64,000 nucleotides of DNA from Eukaryota sp. GEM-RC1 (lineage: Eukaryota). The position numbers were made by a program, and so were the translations under genes. Below, in pieces: positions 59,636 to 64,000 of this stretch (positions within the stretch are counted from its first letter, which is position 1; each line of letters starts with the position of its first letter). The stretch is taken from positions 2,480,001 to 2,544,000 of the forward strand of contig JAUFOQ010000016.1 of NCBI GenBank assembly GCA_040285855.1, read 5' to 3'. Below the pieces are notes generated by a model, which saw only the letters and a program-made list of their open reading frames with translations, was not told the DNA's origin and ran no database searches.

Positions 59636-62600
59636 GTTAAACCCTTTTCTTGAAAAGCGGAAGTACCAATTGTAGTGATCACGTCACCATTAATACTAGA
59701 AGGAATGATGACGTTTGGACCAAGAGAAGCATCGTATGCGGAAATAGTGTTATCAACAGCGGCAAATCCATGACGTGTCATCGAAACTGACCTAGTCTTA
59801 TCGCTAGTGAGTTCGATTGAAAGAGTGCGTTCCAAGTAATCAGAATGCATCAGAAATAGTTCATAGTCACCAAGTGGTAGATCATGAACGAACACGTGAC
59901 CTTCCTCATCTCCATCAACAATCAAATTTTGATTGACGAGTTTGACACGAGGACATGGAACTGGATCGGAAGTGATGTCATCAATGATATTTAGTTCCAA
60001 TGAAACCAAAGTAAGGACCATGGAAACGTTGATAAACTTGTCACTATCAGAAACTACAACACTGATTGACTTTTGTATCATAGCCCGCTAATTGGAAATT
60101 GAGCTCGTATTCACCATTTGTAAGAGACAGAATCTCAAAAGACCATCATCGTCACTGAAAACGTCATCAAGGTCATCACCAAAGACAATAACACCTGAAA
60201 GAGGAACTGAATCACTAGTAACTGTACCTGATACAATGAAAGTGTTTAAGGAAAGAGAAACGTCAACAGTCTTATCATTGTCAGACACTGTGACATTTAC
60301 TGACTTAAGATCATAACCTATTAGTTCATAATTGAGTTCATAAACTCCAATAGTAAGTGGATGAAGTTCATAAAAACCATCAACATCAGTGTACACGTCA
60401 TCAAAATCATCACCTGATACAAGAACACCTGAGAGTGGATCTAAACCACCAGTTACTGTTCCTGATATAACAAAAGTAGTTAATGAAAGTGAAACGTTGA
60501 CAAGTTTGTTACTGCCAGCAACTACAACACTGATTGACTTTGGATCGTAGCCAGATAATTGGAAATTTAACTCATATTCACCATTTTCAAGAGGCTCAAG
60601 TTCAAACAAACCATCGTTATCAGTATAAACTTCCTTCAACTTATCACCAAAAACAAGAACACCTGAAAGAGGAACTGAATCGCTAGTAACTAATCCTGAT
60701 ACAAGGAAAGTTGGAGGAGATGATGATCGTAAGAAAAAGAAGAGTAAAAAAGACAAGATGACGAGAACAAGACAAGATAAACCAATAATAATATTACTTT
60801 TGATTCCAATCAAGTTCCAGTTGTTCTTTACTTTAGTAATCCACGGTGATCTAGGTTCTGGATCTTCTTTAAACTCTAACACTACATCTTTCAGTTCTGT
60901 ACTATCAACTTTTGAATATGAGATGACGTCATGAACACGTTGCTCAGAGTCATATGATTGGTTAGTGACTTCAACAGGAGAAGCTATAACAGTTTCAATA
61001 ACAATATTAGTGTTAATATCCGATTCCACCACAGATTCTTCACTAGTTGAATCACTAGTGGAAGTCAAGTCCATTTTGATTTCAGAAGAAAGAGATTTAT
61101 CAATGACAACTTCCTCTTCAGACTTCTCAGAATCCTCTTTCTCTTCAAATTGTTCAATTACCTCCACCTGATGTTCAGCCATGGGAGGAGAGAGGGAGCC
61201 ACTGGGAGTAACGAGAGGACTATCATTCAAAAGCTTTTTTCTTCTTCATCTTAGCTTCTTGTTGACCAAGCCTCTTGAAGACTCCTATTCTACGGAAAAA
61301 CAAACACGTGGCAAGAGATTCAGATGCGTCGTCAGGATCAAGAGAAAGACAAGCAATCATGATTAATTTAGGGGAATAAGACATGTTAAATCGAAGAACT
61401 GAAGTTAACAAACAGTTTCTATAAGGAACGTGTGGTTGACGACTAGTTACAGCAGATAACACACCTTCTAAAAAGAAGAGAGATTTGTTATGGTCGGTAC
61501 ATTGCTTAAACATTGGACTCTGTTTGTCCGGTAGATCGGCATTCTGAATTGGAGCTGCTAGATCAACAAAACATAATTTACTATTAAATTGTTGAGTTTT
61601 CGAGATCAACTGAACTGAAAGAATGAAATGGGATCTTGTTGATTCTAGATTGGACTTTGATCGTTCCCATTGCCTTAAATCATTTCCATTGGAAAGTAAT
61701 TCCAGAGCTTCACGTAAGGTTGAGACTTTATTCTGGGAAAGTCCTGGAATTGACGTGATCTTTGGATTATTACCGGAACTGGAAATAACAGCAGAATTCA
61801 GTAACGTAGGTGACTTCTGACCATGTGCATCGGATGACGTTTGCATAAGGTCATAAACCGCGTCATCTTTTAATCCTAGAAAAGAGATCAATACTTCCTG
61901 GTCGTCAACAAGACGATGAAAGATAGAATGAAGTGACAAAGGTATCAGACCAATAGTTTCTTGTGAAATACACGTGGGAGAACCAAAGAAAGTATAAGTC
62001 TTACCACTAGCTACTCCACCATAGGTAAATAAGGTGGAAGAAACGTTGTTGAAAAGGTCTCCAACAGCAGGAGCTGCAACTTCCTCATAAACCTGTATGT
62101 TTTCTTTAGTAAGAATAGAAGAAAAAGGGAATGACGACTTGGAACCATTAACTGGAGAACCTTGAGCAGAACTCTTAGAAATACAGATAGAGACAGAGTT
62201 ATCAGTTGGTGTGTTTATATAAACAGTCTCAGCATTAGTGGGTTTAAGTCGACAGTAAACACTAAGTGTACCAGTCCTTGGAGTTGCAGACGAGGTGGAA
62301 CTAGAGCATTGGAGGGAGGAATTGAGAAGGAAGTCGTTAAGGAAAGGGTGATGACATTCGGGATCTTCAAGATCCTGTGAAGAGACTGTGTTGTGATCGT
62401 TATCTTTGAGAGAATGAGATAGTGGTAGAGAGTTCAAATTCTTGAGGTACTTGTTAAGATCATGAGATGGAGAAGGAGTATCGGAATGAAGCAGAGTTGG
62501 ATTTTGTGCCAGATTGTGATCAAAAGAGACAAAGGATTTATCTGAAGGATCAATGGATATGGCAGGTCCACGTATATCACTACGTGGACCCTTATCTCTC

Positions 62601-63140
62601 ATATTATCTCTTATGAGATTAAGAGGGCTTGTACTTTGAGAGAAATCGGGTTTACTGGAGACCCTTCACAGAGTTTCTGAACAACAAGTGACAGCTGTTC
62701 CCATGGATCTTGAGGAATCACGTAACCCAAGGATTGGAGACGTTGGAGGTATTCTTTGATTATCTTCTCTGACGTTGTGGCGTCTAGGTTTTTATATGTT
62801 CCTGAAAATGCAATATCTTCAAGTTCCTTGGACAGGTCCTGAGGAGAAACATTGAAAACGACAGATGAAAAGGTCTCAACAAATGTGAGATAACATTGGA
62901 ACGCGAATCCACGATCAGTGACTTCGGCAAGTTGTTCTGCAACGACATCGTTGATTCCAATGTTTAGAACTGATATTAGATCGGGTACCGAGACAAAACA
63001 AACCAACTACATCCATGGCTGTTGCATCGAACTCCTGTTCCAATGCGAGATAAAGAGGATTCTCAGATGAGCCGAACTTCAAGCCTGATAGATACTCGTA
63101 GCTTGTAAGTGAAACCGGGAACTTGGAGGTTGTTTTCCAT
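59636..63140 (-). pseudogene. Kinesin-TM-LRR fusion, copy 3, truncated in the first LRR and frameshifted
   Basis: ORFs 62611-63006, 61223-62602, 60088-61230 and 59572-60081 are nearly identical to copy 2; homology stops at FQEKGLT. Confidence 0.85.
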
Positions 63141-64000
63141 ACTCATATTTGATGGTAGTTCAGGATAGGACGGAAATTCTCTTTCGGGATGATTACAAAA
63201 TTGCCCTACACTTACTTCATCTTACAAAAGAGACTGACTAAATTGACAACTTACCACACAACATTGACTAAAAACACAATAGAGTGCACGAGAAATTTTT
63301 GTCGTGATACAATTCTTTCTTACCTCTCAATTATGTGATTGCTATATGATACTCAATCAAAAATAGTTTATTCTATCTACCAGTACAATGCCTCTTATGT
63401 ATCTACTCTAGCTACACTTTGGGCAGGCTCTGCGTTTCTTCTAGGACAAGTTCTTTTGTTGTGACCTCTAGCTTGACATATACCACATTTTCTTGTGTTT
63501 AGGTTCTCATTTTCGACGACTTCGAATTGGGAAGCTAAACTTCCTATGGATCCCACCGGTTTAACGAAGTTCTTCCCTGTTAGGTGCTTGTGGAATTGAT
63601 TGTACTTCTTGCATCAACACCATCTTCTTGTATCTCTTCAGGAGGAACTTGGTTAAGTATGTTCTGAGATTCTTCTCCATTTATCCGCCATTGAGGATGT
63701 ACCTCGTCTTCTTCCTTCCACCTTCAATATGGATCTTTACAACTAAACTTGTGGGTAAGCCTAAAGCATACAGCTTTTGGTCTAATACAGTATCAATATC
63801 TTCATAGTTCATTTCTTGTACAACCTCCATAGTCCTAAGTAAATGACGGAGAGCAAATCTGCTGACAACTCCAACCAAAGATCGACATATATGATCTTGA
63901 AGTAGCTGCATTAGATTGACGCAGTGTATCCAGGAGTTCCTCGTTCTTCTTCGATGGAATATGGAGGAGGTATGGTGGTAAGAGTATTGATGTTGTCACT
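59636..64000. repeat. Segmental direct duplication of 43003-47331 (continues past the window end)
   Basis: Near-identical sequence at offset 16633-16669. Differences seen: a few substitutions, one extra T near 61240 and a 35-nt insertion at 62583-62617. Confidence 0.95.

Noticed and set aside
62583..62617. Newly gained intron in copy 3
   Set aside because: No GT..AG ends in any sliding register on the coding strand.

Overview
Compact, intron-poor eukaryotic nuclear DNA in the standard genetic code. It comes from a flagellated protist; the axonemal inner-arm dynein, BspA-type LRRs and a PPDK-derived domain suggest a metamonad-like anaerobe, which is inference. Conserved genes are CLPTM1, RanBP1, a large propeller/solenoid protein, a DNAH2-type dynein heavy chain, RPP40, a membrane-anchored beta-lactamase-family hydrolase and INTS11/CPSF3L. 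Most are broken by single-base indels in homopolymers, probably long-read errors. TE-rich islands between them hold a near-intact hAT, two non-autonomous hATs, a MULE relic, many CRE-like (RLE) non-LTR fragments and two Ty3/Gypsy-type LTR elements. Two candidate novel systems stand out. (1) A multi-copy family of type II membrane proteins that fuses a cytoplasmic PPDK-like fragment and a KIF6/kinesin-9-derived motor to a TM helix and a variable extracellular beta-sandwich/BspA-LRR ectodomain, i.e. a putative microtubule-coupled surface receptor. (2) A gag-only and a pol-only LTR element, each with identical LTRs and a covarying palindrome, instead of a tRNA PBS, in the same register at the LTR boundary. 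All family assignments are by eye from motif recognition; no searches were run.
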